Origin: an uncultured Caldilineaceae bacterium
Lineage (GTDB): Bacteria > Chloroflexota > Anaerolineae > Caldilineales > Caldilineaceae
NCBI GenBank assembly: GCA_964427845.1
Contig: CAYRVP010000003.1
Coordinates: 195-64,194, forward strand
Length of the DNA: 64,000 bases
Direction: 5' to 3'
The notes below the pieces were generated by a model. That model did no database searches and was not told where the DNA came from. It saw nothing but the letters and a program-made list of their open reading frames with translations. Positions 1 through 7,639 of the stretch are shown one piece after another. Within the stretch, counting starts at the first letter, position 1. Each line of letters starts with the position of its first letter. A program made the position numbers and the translations under genes.

Positions 1-35
<35 letters not shown>

Positions 36-107
36 TCACTTATGCACAGCCTGCCGCTCAAACTCGCCGAAGCGATGCGTCACCGCCACGTGCGCTCGAC
101 TTTGGAG

Positions 108-181
<74 letters not shown>

Positions 182-195
182 CCACTGGCCCCTCA

Positions 196-280
<85 letters not shown>

Positions 281-305
281 GCAAGCACGCGTGCACGGCT
301 CCCGG

Positions 306-334
306 AGTGTACTACAGCCGCTCGGCGCCAGCAA
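306..334 (-). promoter_or_regulatory. sigma70-type promoter for the tRNA cluster (TTGCTG-17-TACACT)
   Basis: Minus strand: TTGCTG (334..329), 17-nt spacer, TACACT (311..306), about 25 nt upstream of the tRNA-Leu 5' end. Confidence 0.5.
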
Positions 335-374
335 ATTGCACGCCTTGCCGTGTGTGCTTCCTACCCCTGGTGAG

Positions 375-887
375 GCAGCGTAAGCCGGGGCGGAATCATA
401 CCCCCAATTCTGTCAGCCGGGCCGTTTCCGGCTCACGACTGCGCCGTCATCTATCTCGGCGCACCAGATTCCGGTTGCCCGGTCACCGCTTGCTGCGCCG
501 GCAGTTTGTGGCTTGCCGGGTGTAACCCGGCGTCACCCGCACCGCTGCGACGAGACCCAACATCATGCTCTTGCGAACATGAAGCCAAGCCCACTCGCCT
601 TGCTCCCAGTTGCACGCTCGCCTGGCCGGGCGCATTGCTGCACCCGCCGGTGGGCTCTTACCCCACCCTTTCACCCCTCACTGTATTTGCGCGATCGCCC
701 GAAGGCGATGGCGAAACACGGCGGGTCTGCTCTCTGTTGCGGTTGTAGTCAGTTGCCCGTTACCAGACAACCGCCCTCACTTGCTGTTTCGTGAGGCAAC
801 CTCGCCGGATCGCTCCGGCTGGGAGTCGGGAAGTTCCTCTGCAGATCATCTCTGCAGTGACGACAATTCCGCCCCGATCTTCGGCTG
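375..887 (-). ncRNA. rnpB: RNase P RNA, bacterial type A architecture (ends approximate)
   Basis: Minus strand carries the conserved blocks GAGGAA..CUCC, GGUAACG, GCAACAGAGAGCAGACC, GGGUGAAAGGGUGGGGUAAGAGCCCACCG, GGAGCAAGG, AGAUAGAUGAC and GACAGAA. P1 is CGGGGCGGAAU (876..866) paired with AUUCCGCCCCG (396..386). P2 is GUCGUCA/UGACGGC. P3 is the hairpin CUGCAGA-GAUGA-UCUGCAG. A P19-like hairpin AGCCGG/CCGGCU is also present. Confidence 0.85.
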
Positions 888-934
888 TTAAGTTGCGCCC
901 CCGCCGCATCGTGCGCGGCGCAGGCAGGACGATC

Positions 935-964
935 AGTATACCAGCGGCCGGGGGCGTGTGTCAA
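935..964 (-). promoter_or_regulatory. sigma70-type promoter upstream of rnpB (TTGACA-18-TATACT)
   Basis: Minus strand: TTGACA (964..959), 18-nt spacer, TATACT (940..935). Confidence 0.6.
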
Positions 965-1000
965 ACTTTTTGCGCCGGTTTCCCGTGCGCAAGCCGAATA

Positions 1001-1720
1001 TCATTCACCCGGCGCATCGATTTCCAGTTCGGGATTGCGCGGCCCCTCGACCCACACCTGCCCGTCGCTCCAGTTCTCCTGCTTCCAGATTGGCGTTACT
1101 GCCTTGAGGCGCTCGATGGCGTACTGGCATGCCTCAAAGCAACCGTCGCCGCGGTGCGGCGTCGCCACAGCAATCAGTACGCTCGGTTCGCCCACTTCCA
1201 GCCGCCCCGTGCGGTGCAGAATGCTCACGGCGCGCACCAGCGGCCAGCGCGCCTGAATCTCGTCGCCAATGGCCGCCATCGAGCGCTCGGCCATTTCGGC
1301 GTAGGCCTCATACTCGAGGAAGTCGGTGCCGCGCAGGCCGCTCTCCGTGGCCGTCTCTCCACGCACCATGCCTGCAAAAGTCGTAATGGCCCCACAGTCC
1401 GGCCGATTCACGCGTGCCGCAATGTCATCCAGCGAGAGGGGCGCTTCGGACAATGCAAAGAGCTTGCGCGGCTCGGCGCCACCTGAAACCGGTGGAAAGA
1501 TGCCCACCGTGTCGCCGTCGTGAAGCGGCCAGTCGCCCTTGGCATACTCTTCGTTCACCGCCGCATAGAAGGTGCGCTTGTGCAGTTCCAGTTCCGGTTG
1601 CTCGGCGTCTACAGCCGCCACCAGATCACGCAACGTTGCACTCTCACCCAGGCTGAAGGAGCGCTCTCTCCAGCCCGCCTGCTGGCGCAGCGTGGCAAAC
1701 AACCGCACAGATACATTCAT
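1001..1720 (-). CDS. Fused MoaD-MoaE molybdopterin synthase (small sulfur-carrier subunit plus catalytic subunit)
   Basis: N-terminal 81 aa is MoaD/ThiS-like and ends in IFPPVSGG. The rest is MoaE-like ([24 protein letters not shown]). The ATGA start overlaps the moaC stop. Confidence 0.85.
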   Translation of the reverse strand: MNVSVRLFATLRQQAGWRERSFSLGESATLRDLVAAVDAEQPELELHKRTFYAAVNEEYAKGDWPLHDGDTVGIFPPVSGGAEPRKLFALSEAPLSLDDIAARVNRPDCGAITTFAGMVRGETATESGLRGTDFLEYEAYAEMAERSMAAIGDEIQARWPLVRAVSILHRTGRLEVGEPSVLIAVATPHRGDGCFEACQYAIERLKAVTPIWKQENWSDGQVWVEGPRNPELEIDAPGE

Positions 1721-2199
1721 GCCTCACTCCTCTGCCACGCGCCCGACTTGCCCCCCTGCTTTTCCAGGAGGCAAATTTCGCCTATCACCATGCTTTTCTC
1801 AATCGCCTTGGCCATATCGTAAATGGTGAGCGCGGCCACGCTTACAGCGGTCAGCGCCTCCATTTCCACGCCCGTCTGCCCCTGGCAGCGCACCGTCGCG
1901 GTAATCACCACACGGCTCTGCGCTTCGTCAATCGCGAACTCCACCGCCACTTTGGTGAGCAGCAGCGTGTGGCAGAGCGGAATCAGGTCGGGCGTGCGCT
2001 TGGCAGCCATGATGCCGGCAATGCGCGCGGCAGCAAGGACGTCGCCCTTGGGCACGGCGCCATCACGTATGGCAGCGAGGGTGGCGGGCAGCATGTGCAC
2101 CTCGCCACGCGCCACGGCCGTGCGTGTGGTCTCCGCCTTCTCGCTCACGTCCACCATGGTGGCGTGGCCTTGTTCATCGAGGTGGGTCAGGTTCGACAT
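1717..2199 (-). CDS. moaC: Cyclic pyranopterin monophosphate synthase MoaC
   Basis: [21 protein letters not shown]..., [31 protein letters not shown]. Start set at the ATG at 2199, because the longer ORF to 2301 would translate the repeat element. Confidence 0.85.
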   Translation of the reverse strand: MSNLTHLDEQGHATMVDVSEKAETTRTAVARGEVHMLPATLAAIRDGAVPKGDVLAAARIAGIMAAKRTPDLIPLCHTLLLTKVAVEFAIDEAQSRVVITATVRCQGQTGVEMEALTAVSVAALTIYDMAKAIEKSMVIGEICLLEKQGGKSGAWQRSEA

Positions 2200-2214
2200 G
2201 ACGAGTCCGTATTG

Positions 2215-2355
2215 TTGGCTGGTGGACTGGTTGAGTGGTAACTGGTAATTGATGACTGATAATTGATGACTGATAATCGCCACGTCGCGTGACGCTGCCA
2301 TACATCAATTACCAATTATCAGTCATCAATTTTCAGTTCACCCAGTCAGCCAGTA
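2215..2355. repeat. AT-rich imperfect palindrome built from tandem heptads (core TCART / AYTGA)
   Basis: Left arm units are GACTGGT, AACTGGT, AATTGAT, GACTGAT. The right arm is their complement. An 18-bp perfect helix pairs 2247..2264 with 2314..2331. Fills the moeA-moaC intergenic gap. Confidence 0.8.
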
Positions 2356-2364
2356 CCTTGCTCA

Positions 2365-3618
2365 TTAGTGCTCAAGCATCAACGCCCCCACGACGCTCCC
2401 CGCCGCCAATTCGCCCTCAGCCTGGGGCAATTCGAGCAGCGCATTGGCCCCGTGCATGCTCAACAGCCGGCTGCTGGCCTGGCTGCCGGTGCTGGTGGCC
2501 AGCCACCCGCCCGCGCCGCCGTTCAGCGTGTTCACCCACGATAGGTGCGCGCGATGGTACTCGGGCCGCATGGGGTCCAGACGAAGCGGCTCAGCAAGCA
2601 CGGCCTGGACGCGCGGCAGAGTGGGCCGCGCCCAGCCTGCCATGCGCCGCAGCGCGGGCAACGCCAGCAAGTAGAAGGTCACCAGGCTGCTGACAGGATT
2701 GCCGGGCAGGCCGAAGAGCAGGCGCGTTCGTTGTCCCTCGCCGCCGGGCAGCGTGGCAAAAGTGCAGGGTTTGCCGGGTTTCATGTTCAAGCGCCCAAAG
2801 TGCACTGTGCCCGCCGCGGCCGCAAGTTTCTTGATCAGGTCCAGTTCGCCCATGCTCACGCCGCCGCTGGTCAAGATGAATTCGCACGTGGCCAGCGCAC
2901 CGGCGAGCACCTCGCGCAACGCGGTCTCATTATCGGGGGCAATGCCCAGATCCACCACCTCGCCACCCGCCCAGGCCACAGCGGCACGCAGCGTCGGCCC
3001 GTTGCTGTCATAGATGTGTCCCGGCCCAAGCGGCGCGCCGGCGGGCGTCAGTTCGTCACCGGTGGAGAGGACGCCGACACGCGGTCTGGGATAGACGAGG
3101 ACTTCGGTGACGCCCACGGTGGCAATCAGCCCGAGTTCGGCGGGGCCCAGCCGCTCGCCTGCCGCCAGCACCTGTGCGCCGGCGGCAATGTCGTAGCCTA
3201 CGCGCCGCACATCTTCACCGCTGCGCACAGCGCGCAGGATTTCCACGGCGCCACCTTCAACCCGGCGTGTGTCCTCAACCTGCACCACGGCATCGGCGCC
3301 GGGCGGCAGCGGCGCGCCGGTTGTAATGTAGGCAACCTGACCCGCACCCAGCTCGAAGTCGGCCATGCTGCCTGCCGCGACTGCGCCGGCGATGGGATAG
3401 ATGCCCGGTCCGTCGGCTGCCACAACGGCGTAGCCATCCTTCACCGAGGCGGCAAAGGGTGGCAGCGGCGCGGCCGCAATCACAGCCTCGGCCAGAACGA
3501 GCCCCAGCGCAGCGTTTGCGGGGAGCGCGCGCGGCGGCAGCGGCTGCGCCTCGCGCAGCACAATCTCCAAGGCATGTGAGACCGGCAACATCGGGTAGTC
3601 GGACGAGAGCATGGTCAT
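2365..3618 (-). CDS. moeA: Molybdopterin molybdenumtransferase MoeA
   Basis: 417-aa ORF with SVKDGYAV, TGAPLPPGADAVV, LSTGDEL and TSGGVSMGE motifs typical of MoeA/gephyrin E domain. Confidence 0.85.
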   Translation of the reverse strand: MTMLSSDYPMLPVSHALEIVLREAQPLPPRALPANAALGLVLAEAVIAAAPLPPFAASVKDGYAVVAADGPGIYPIAGAVAAGSMADFELGAGQVAYITTGAPLPPGADAVVQVEDTRRVEGGAVEILRAVRSGEDVRRVGYDIAAGAQVLAAGERLGPAELGLIATVGVTEVLVYPRPRVGVLSTGDELTPAGAPLGPGHIYDSNGPTLRAAVAWAGGEVVDLGIAPDNETALREVLAGALATCEFILTSGGVSMGELDLIKKLAAAAGTVHFGRLNMKPGKPCTFATLPGGEGQRTRLLFGLPGNPVSSLVTFYLLALPALRRMAGWARPTLPRVQAVLAEPLRLDPMRPEYHRAHLSWVNTLNGGAGGWLATSTGSQASSRLLSMHGANALLELPQAEGELAAGSVVGALMLEH

Positions 3619-3651
3619 CGGTTATCAAGTGTCGCCGTAAATGCAAACGGC

Positions 3652-4014
3652 CTAGCGTTTACGGGCGACGGCCTCCAAAGGGACATCGCTGACGCGCACG
3701 ACGCTCTGCACGCCGGGGGCGCGCCTCAATTTACGCACGACACCCGCTGAGCATTCGATTGTGAAGGTGCCAAAGGCTGTCGGCTCGCTCGCACGTTTGT
3801 ACTGTCCCTCCACATCCTGCTGCTTGAGCCACGCCAGGACGCGGCTGCGCCCCTCTTTGGCGGCGGCGCGCATAGCCGCATGTTTGGAGACGCGGTCGTC
3901 CTCGCCGGCCGCGGCCTTGTCCATGCCGCGCAGCGCAACCATTACTTTGTAGCATGGGCCTTGCACGGCGGAGCCACGTACACTCTTGCGCGCAGAAGCC
4001 TGATTCATCGCCAT
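3652..4014 (-). CDS. Small protein (120 aa), possibly a stand-alone subtilase propeptide/inhibitor I9-like domain
   Basis: Its ATG lies 2 nt after the S8 peptidase stop, with GGAGG inside the last S8 codons, suggesting translational coupling. The beta-alpha-beta-like pattern (YKVMVAL..., FTIECSAGVVRKLRRAPGVQSVVRV) resembles an I9 domain. The fold call is inference only. Confidence 0.45.
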   Translation of the reverse strand: MAMNQASARKSVRGSAVQGPCYKVMVALRGMDKAAAGEDDRVSKHAAMRAAAKEGRSRVLAWLKQQDVEGQYKRASEPTAFGTFTIECSAGVVRKLRRAPGVQSVVRVSDVPLEAVARKR

Positions 4015-4016
4015 GG

Positions 4017-5297
4017 CTAGCCTCCGTAATTGATAAAGCGCGCCAGCCCTGCGCCGACACGGTCGCGGTCATCCCTGAGCGGCAGCGCACTGGAAATCAG
4101 ACGCCGGCGCAGGTCACCGCCCTGCAGATCCGGCCGCACCGACGCGTAGAGGGCGGCAATGCCCGCGACATAGGGGGACGCCATACTTGTGCCGCTCATG
4201 CGCACGTAGCGGCTGCGGTTGGCCAGTGTGCGCTCAAATGCGCTCACCACGTCGGTGCCAATCCCGGCGATGTCCGGCTTGCTCTTCCCCGAAAGCGGCG
4301 ACATGCCGCCGCCGCTATAATCCGCCACATTGTACTCGAAGTCCACCGCGCCCACAGCCAAACATTCCGGATAGAATCCGGGCGCACGCATTTTGCCTGG
4401 GCCGTCATTGCCGATTGCCACGACGGCGAGCACACTAAAGTCTTCCGTAAGCGTGCGCAGCACCCTGCGGAAAATGTCGGCGGCGCGGCGGTAGGCGGGC
4501 AGCTTGAGCGCCTCGGGCGGGAAGCCGAGCGACATGTTGATCACGATCGGCTTGGAGAGATTCTCGGGCTGGCTGAACTGGGAGAGCATCCAGTCAAGGC
4601 CGATAAGCACGCGGTCGAGCGATGTCTTGAGCGTTTCGCTTTCGAGCACCGAGGCAACCATGAGGTCGCAGTCGGGCGCGATGCCGATGTTCTCGCCGGC
4701 CAGGATGCCGCATACGTGCGTACCGTGGCCATCGACATCAAAGCCGCGCACGGCGCGCATGGCGTCGGTCACGGCATTGAGGGGCACATAGCGGAAGTTG
4801 ATGCGCTTGCTGCGGAATTCGATATGGTCGGCGTCGCAGCCGGTGTCCAGCACGCCCACAATCACGCCTTTGCCGGTCACCCCCTTGCTGTGCGCCAATG
4901 CAATCCCCGTGGATTCGGGCCAGCGTTTGGAGGGGTCCACCTCGCGCACCGTGGGCGTCCACGCTGTGGGGATGGGCATGCCCAGCGCGACATCCGGGGC
5001 GACTTCGTAGTCGTCCTCCAGGATCTCGCGGGCCTGTTCGGCGATGCGGCGGTCGATGGTCTCGACCACAAAGGCATCGACAAAGGGCAGCCGGTGAAAT
5101 GCGTTTTCAGCCTCGGGGTTGAAATCCTCGGGGTGGATATAGCTGAGCCCGATTGACGAGAGTCGCTCGGCGTCCTGGGCGTTCTCAAGAATCTCGATCG
5201 CCTCAATCGCAAGCAGCCGCCGCTCCTCAAGCGTGACGCCCGCCCTTTCCTGCACGCCCACAGAGGAGCGCTTACGCACGGCAACGAATTTGTTCAC
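4017..5297 (-). CDS. Subtilisin-like serine peptidase (family S8), no signal peptide
   Basis: Catalytic triad motifs GVLDTGCD (Asp), HGTHVCGILAG (His), SGTSMASPYVAG (Ser). The ORF is open to 5459. Start proposed at the GTG at 5297, preceded by GAGGA; this start is uncertain. Confidence 0.8.
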   Translation of the reverse strand: MNKFVAVRKRSSVGVQERAGVTLEERRLLAIEAIEILENAQDAERLSSIGLSYIHPEDFNPEAENAFHRLPFVDAFVVETIDRRIAEQAREILEDDYEVAPDVALGMPIPTAWTPTVREVDPSKRWPESTGIALAHSKGVTGKGVIVGVLDTGCDADHIEFRSKRINFRYVPLNAVTDAMRAVRGFDVDGHGTHVCGILAGENIGIAPDCDLMVASVLESETLKTSLDRVLIGLDWMLSQFSQPENLSKPIVINMSLGFPPEALKLPAYRRAADIFRRVLRTLTEDFSVLAVVAIGNDGPGKMRAPGFYPECLAVGAVDFEYNVADYSGGGMSPLSGKSKPDIAGIGTDVVSAFERTLANRSRYVRMSGTSMASPYVAGIAALYASVRPDLQGGDLRRRLISSALPLRDDRDRVGAGLARFINYGG

Positions 5298-5468
5298 AAT
5301 GATGTCCTCGATGAAACGCTGCTGTGTGACACATTCGATTGTAGCTTCAATTATGCCACAACGTGCCTGCAAATGCCATGAACGCGCAGAGAGCAGTCGA
5401 AAAGGCGTACGCAGTGGTGTGGCGCGATTTTCGCCAATAGCCAACTGCCCGCAGTGCACGTTTCACCC

Positions 5469-5497
5469 TTGCATTTGCACGCCGGCGCGCCGATAAT
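5469..5497 (+). promoter_or_regulatory. Promoter TTGCAT-17-GATAAT placed 6 nt before the SNF2 ATG (leaderless transcript predicted)
   Basis: TTGCAT 5469..5474, GATAAT 5492..5497, ATG at 5504. No Shine-Dalgarno is possible at this spacing. Confidence 0.5.
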
Positions 5498-5503
5498 TGC
5501 GCC

Positions 5504-7531
5504 ATGTTCTCACGCTTCAAACCCCAATCGCCCGCCGCCGATAGCGCCGGTGGCCGCTTTGAATGGCTCGAACTGCCAGACAGCGAGCCCGAGCGCACAT
5601 CCAGCAAGAAGGCAATTCGCACTGAGGCCGCACTGGGCAAACGTTGCCCCGACTGCAGTTGGCTCGATGACGAAACCGCGACGCGCTGTTTTCGCTGTGG
5701 CTACCGCTACAACGTGGACCAGGCCATGACTTCGCGCTTCAGCGACATGGGCATTGTCCTGCCGCCGCGCGTCATCGAAGCGCCGCAGAATCTGGAAAAC
5801 TTCTTTCGCATCAATGGGCGCATCCGCCCCGCGGAGCCGCTCGACGTCTACCAGTTGCGCTTGCAGGCGGAGGCCCTGCGCTTGAGCCGCGGCTTCGACC
5901 AGCTCCTCTGCCTCGATGAATTGGCCGTCGAACACTACGAGCACCAGATTGACGCCGCGCTGCGCGCCCTGCGCGATATGCGCGGGCGCGCCCTCCTCGC
6001 CGACGAAGTGGGGCTCGGCAAGACAATTGAGGCCGGCATCGTCATGAAAGAGCTCATCGTGCGCGGGTTGGTGCGCACCGTGCTCGTGCTTACGCCTGCC
6101 TCGCTCACCGAGCAGTGGCGCGAGGAACTCTCCGAGAAGTTCCACGAAGAGTTCACCGTCCTGGACCGCTCGAATGACTGGAAAGCACTGCAGGATGTGG
6201 AGGAAGGGCGCTGGATTGTCAGCCTGGACCGCGCCAAACTCAAGAAGTACGCGGACCCCATCCTGGCACGCGAGTACGACCTGCTCATCGTCGACGAGGC
6301 GCACAAACTCAAGAACCGCAACACGCTGGCGTGGCAATTCGTCAATCAGTTGCGCAAGCGCTACGTGCTCATGCTCACCGCCACGCCCGTACAAAATGAC
6401 CTGCTCGAACTTTACAGTCTGGTGACCATCCTCACGCCCGGCCAGTTGGGCACGGTGCGCGCCTTCCGTCGCCATTTTCTCGTACAATCCGACGTGCGCC
6501 AGCCCAAGAACTCGGGCACGCTGCGCCGCCTGCTCAACGATGTGATGATCCGCAACCGGCGCAGCAAGGTGGACATCACCTTCCCGCGCCGCCGCGCCGC
6601 CATTGTCCACCTGGACCTGAGCGAGCGCGAGTGGGAGCTCTACGCCGACGTCACCGACTACATTCGCCGCCGCTTTCGCGATGTGGACAGCAACAAGTCG
6701 CTACGCCTTACGTTGATTACGCTGCAAAAGGAGCTTTCCAGCAGCCCGCAGGCGCTGGCTTCCACCCTGCGCAAGATGACCGCCGACCGTGAGCATGGCG
6801 ACAGCGTGCGCGCCGAGCTGCAGCGCTTCCTTGCCCTGGCCGAGTCCATCGACACCGGGCGCAAATTGCTGGCCGTGCGCGACATCCTGATGACCTATCC
6901 CGGCAAGTTCCTGATATTCACCGAGTATCGCGAAACCCTGGAGGCGATTCTCGACCACCTGCGTGGCTGGGAGATTTCCTGCGTGGGTTTCCACGGTGGG
7001 CTCAGCATCCACCAGAAGGAAGCTGCCGTTGCTGCCTTCCGCGGCGATGTGGATGCCGAGGCAGGCGAGGATGACGACGAACCGGGCGTGCGTGTGATGG
7101 TAAGCACGGAGAGCGGCGCCGAAGGGCGCAATCTCCAGTTCTGCCATCAGCTCATCAACTATGATTTGCCCTGGAACCCCATGCGTGTGGAGCAGCGCAT
7201 CGGCCGCCTGCACCGCCTCGGGCAGGTGCATGAGGTGACCATCTACAACCTCTCCTGCAACGAGACCATCGAAGCGCACGTCATTGATCTGCTCGCCCGC
7301 AAGATTCGCATGTTTGAGCTCGTCATCGGTGAACTCGACCTGATCCTGGGCAGCATTGAGGGCGACAAGTCATTCGAGGATTTGCTGCGCGAGGCGTGGG
7401 AGACCGCCACCAGCGAGGCGGACCTGCGCAGACGCGTCGAAGATCTGGGTGACCTGCTCAGCCGCGCGCGTGAGCGCTACGATACCGTGCGCTCCAACAA
7501 CGAGCGGCTCGACTCGGCGCTCGAATCATAG
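5504..7531 (+). CDS. SNF2-family helicase/translocase (RapA/HepA-like) with N-terminal zinc ribbon
   Basis: CPDC...CFRCG ribbon, helicase motif I LADEVGLGKT, motif II LLIVDEAHKLKN, TATPVQN. The C-terminal helicase lobe has GAEGRNLQ and QRIGRLHRLGQ. Confidence 0.85.
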   Translation: MFSRFKPQSPAADSAGGRFEWLELPDSEPERTSSKKAIRTEAALGKRCPDCSWLDDETATRCFRCGYRYNVDQAMTSRFSDMGIVLPPRVIEAPQNLENFFRINGRIRPAEPLDVYQLRLQAEALRLSRGFDQLLCLDELAVEHYEHQIDAALRALRDMRGRALLADEVGLGKTIEAGIVMKELIVRGLVRTVLVLTPASLTEQWREELSEKFHEEFTVLDRSNDWKALQDVEEGRWIVSLDRAKLKKYADPILAREYDLLIVDEAHKLKNRNTLAWQFVNQLRKRYVLMLTATPVQNDLLELYSLVTILTPGQLGTVRAFRRHFLVQSDVRQPKNSGTLRRLLNDVMIRNRRSKVDITFPRRRAAIVHLDLSEREWELYADVTDYIRRRFRDVDSNKSLRLTLITLQKELSSSPQALASTLRKMTADREHGDSVRAELQRFLALAESIDTGRKLLAVRDILMTYPGKFLIFTEYRETLEAILDHLRGWEISCVGFHGGLSIHQKEAAVAAFRGDVDAEAGEDDDEPGVRVMVSTESGAEGRNLQFCHQLINYDLPWNPMRVEQRIGRLHRLGQVHEVTIYNLSCNETIEAHVIDLLARKIRMFELVIGELDLILGSIEGDKSFEDLLREAWETATSEADLRRRVEDLGDLLSRARERYDTVRSNNERLDSALES

Positions 7532-7611
7532 GCGCCGCCCGTGGCCAACGCTCAACGCAATCGCTCCTTCGCCAAGTCCGCACCAGCGTCGGCCACGGGC
7601 CGGCGCCTACC
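7528..7611. repeat. Inverted REP-like doublet (A/G)TAG-GCGCCG(G)CCCGTGGCC; the left TAG is the SNF2 stop codon
   Basis: ATAGGCGCCGCCCGTGGCC (7528..7546) and the reverse complement of 7591..7611, GTAGGCGCCGGCCCGTGGCC, are separated by 44 nt. They form a 16-bp stem with one bulge. Confidence 0.7.
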
Positions 7612-7639
7612 TAGACTGGTTCACACCTGAAGAGGCCCC

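Noticed and set aside
381-396. Alternative reading of the RNase P P4 3' strand as CCCCGGCUUA (closer to the consensus CCCGGCUUA), paired with GAAGAUCGGGG upstream.
   Set aside because: That pairing would separate ACAGAA from P4 by 17 nt and leave no P1/P2/P3. The model adopted keeps the GAGGAA/CUCC and ACAGAA/AU flanks in register and yields complete P1-P4. This should still be tested with a covariance model.
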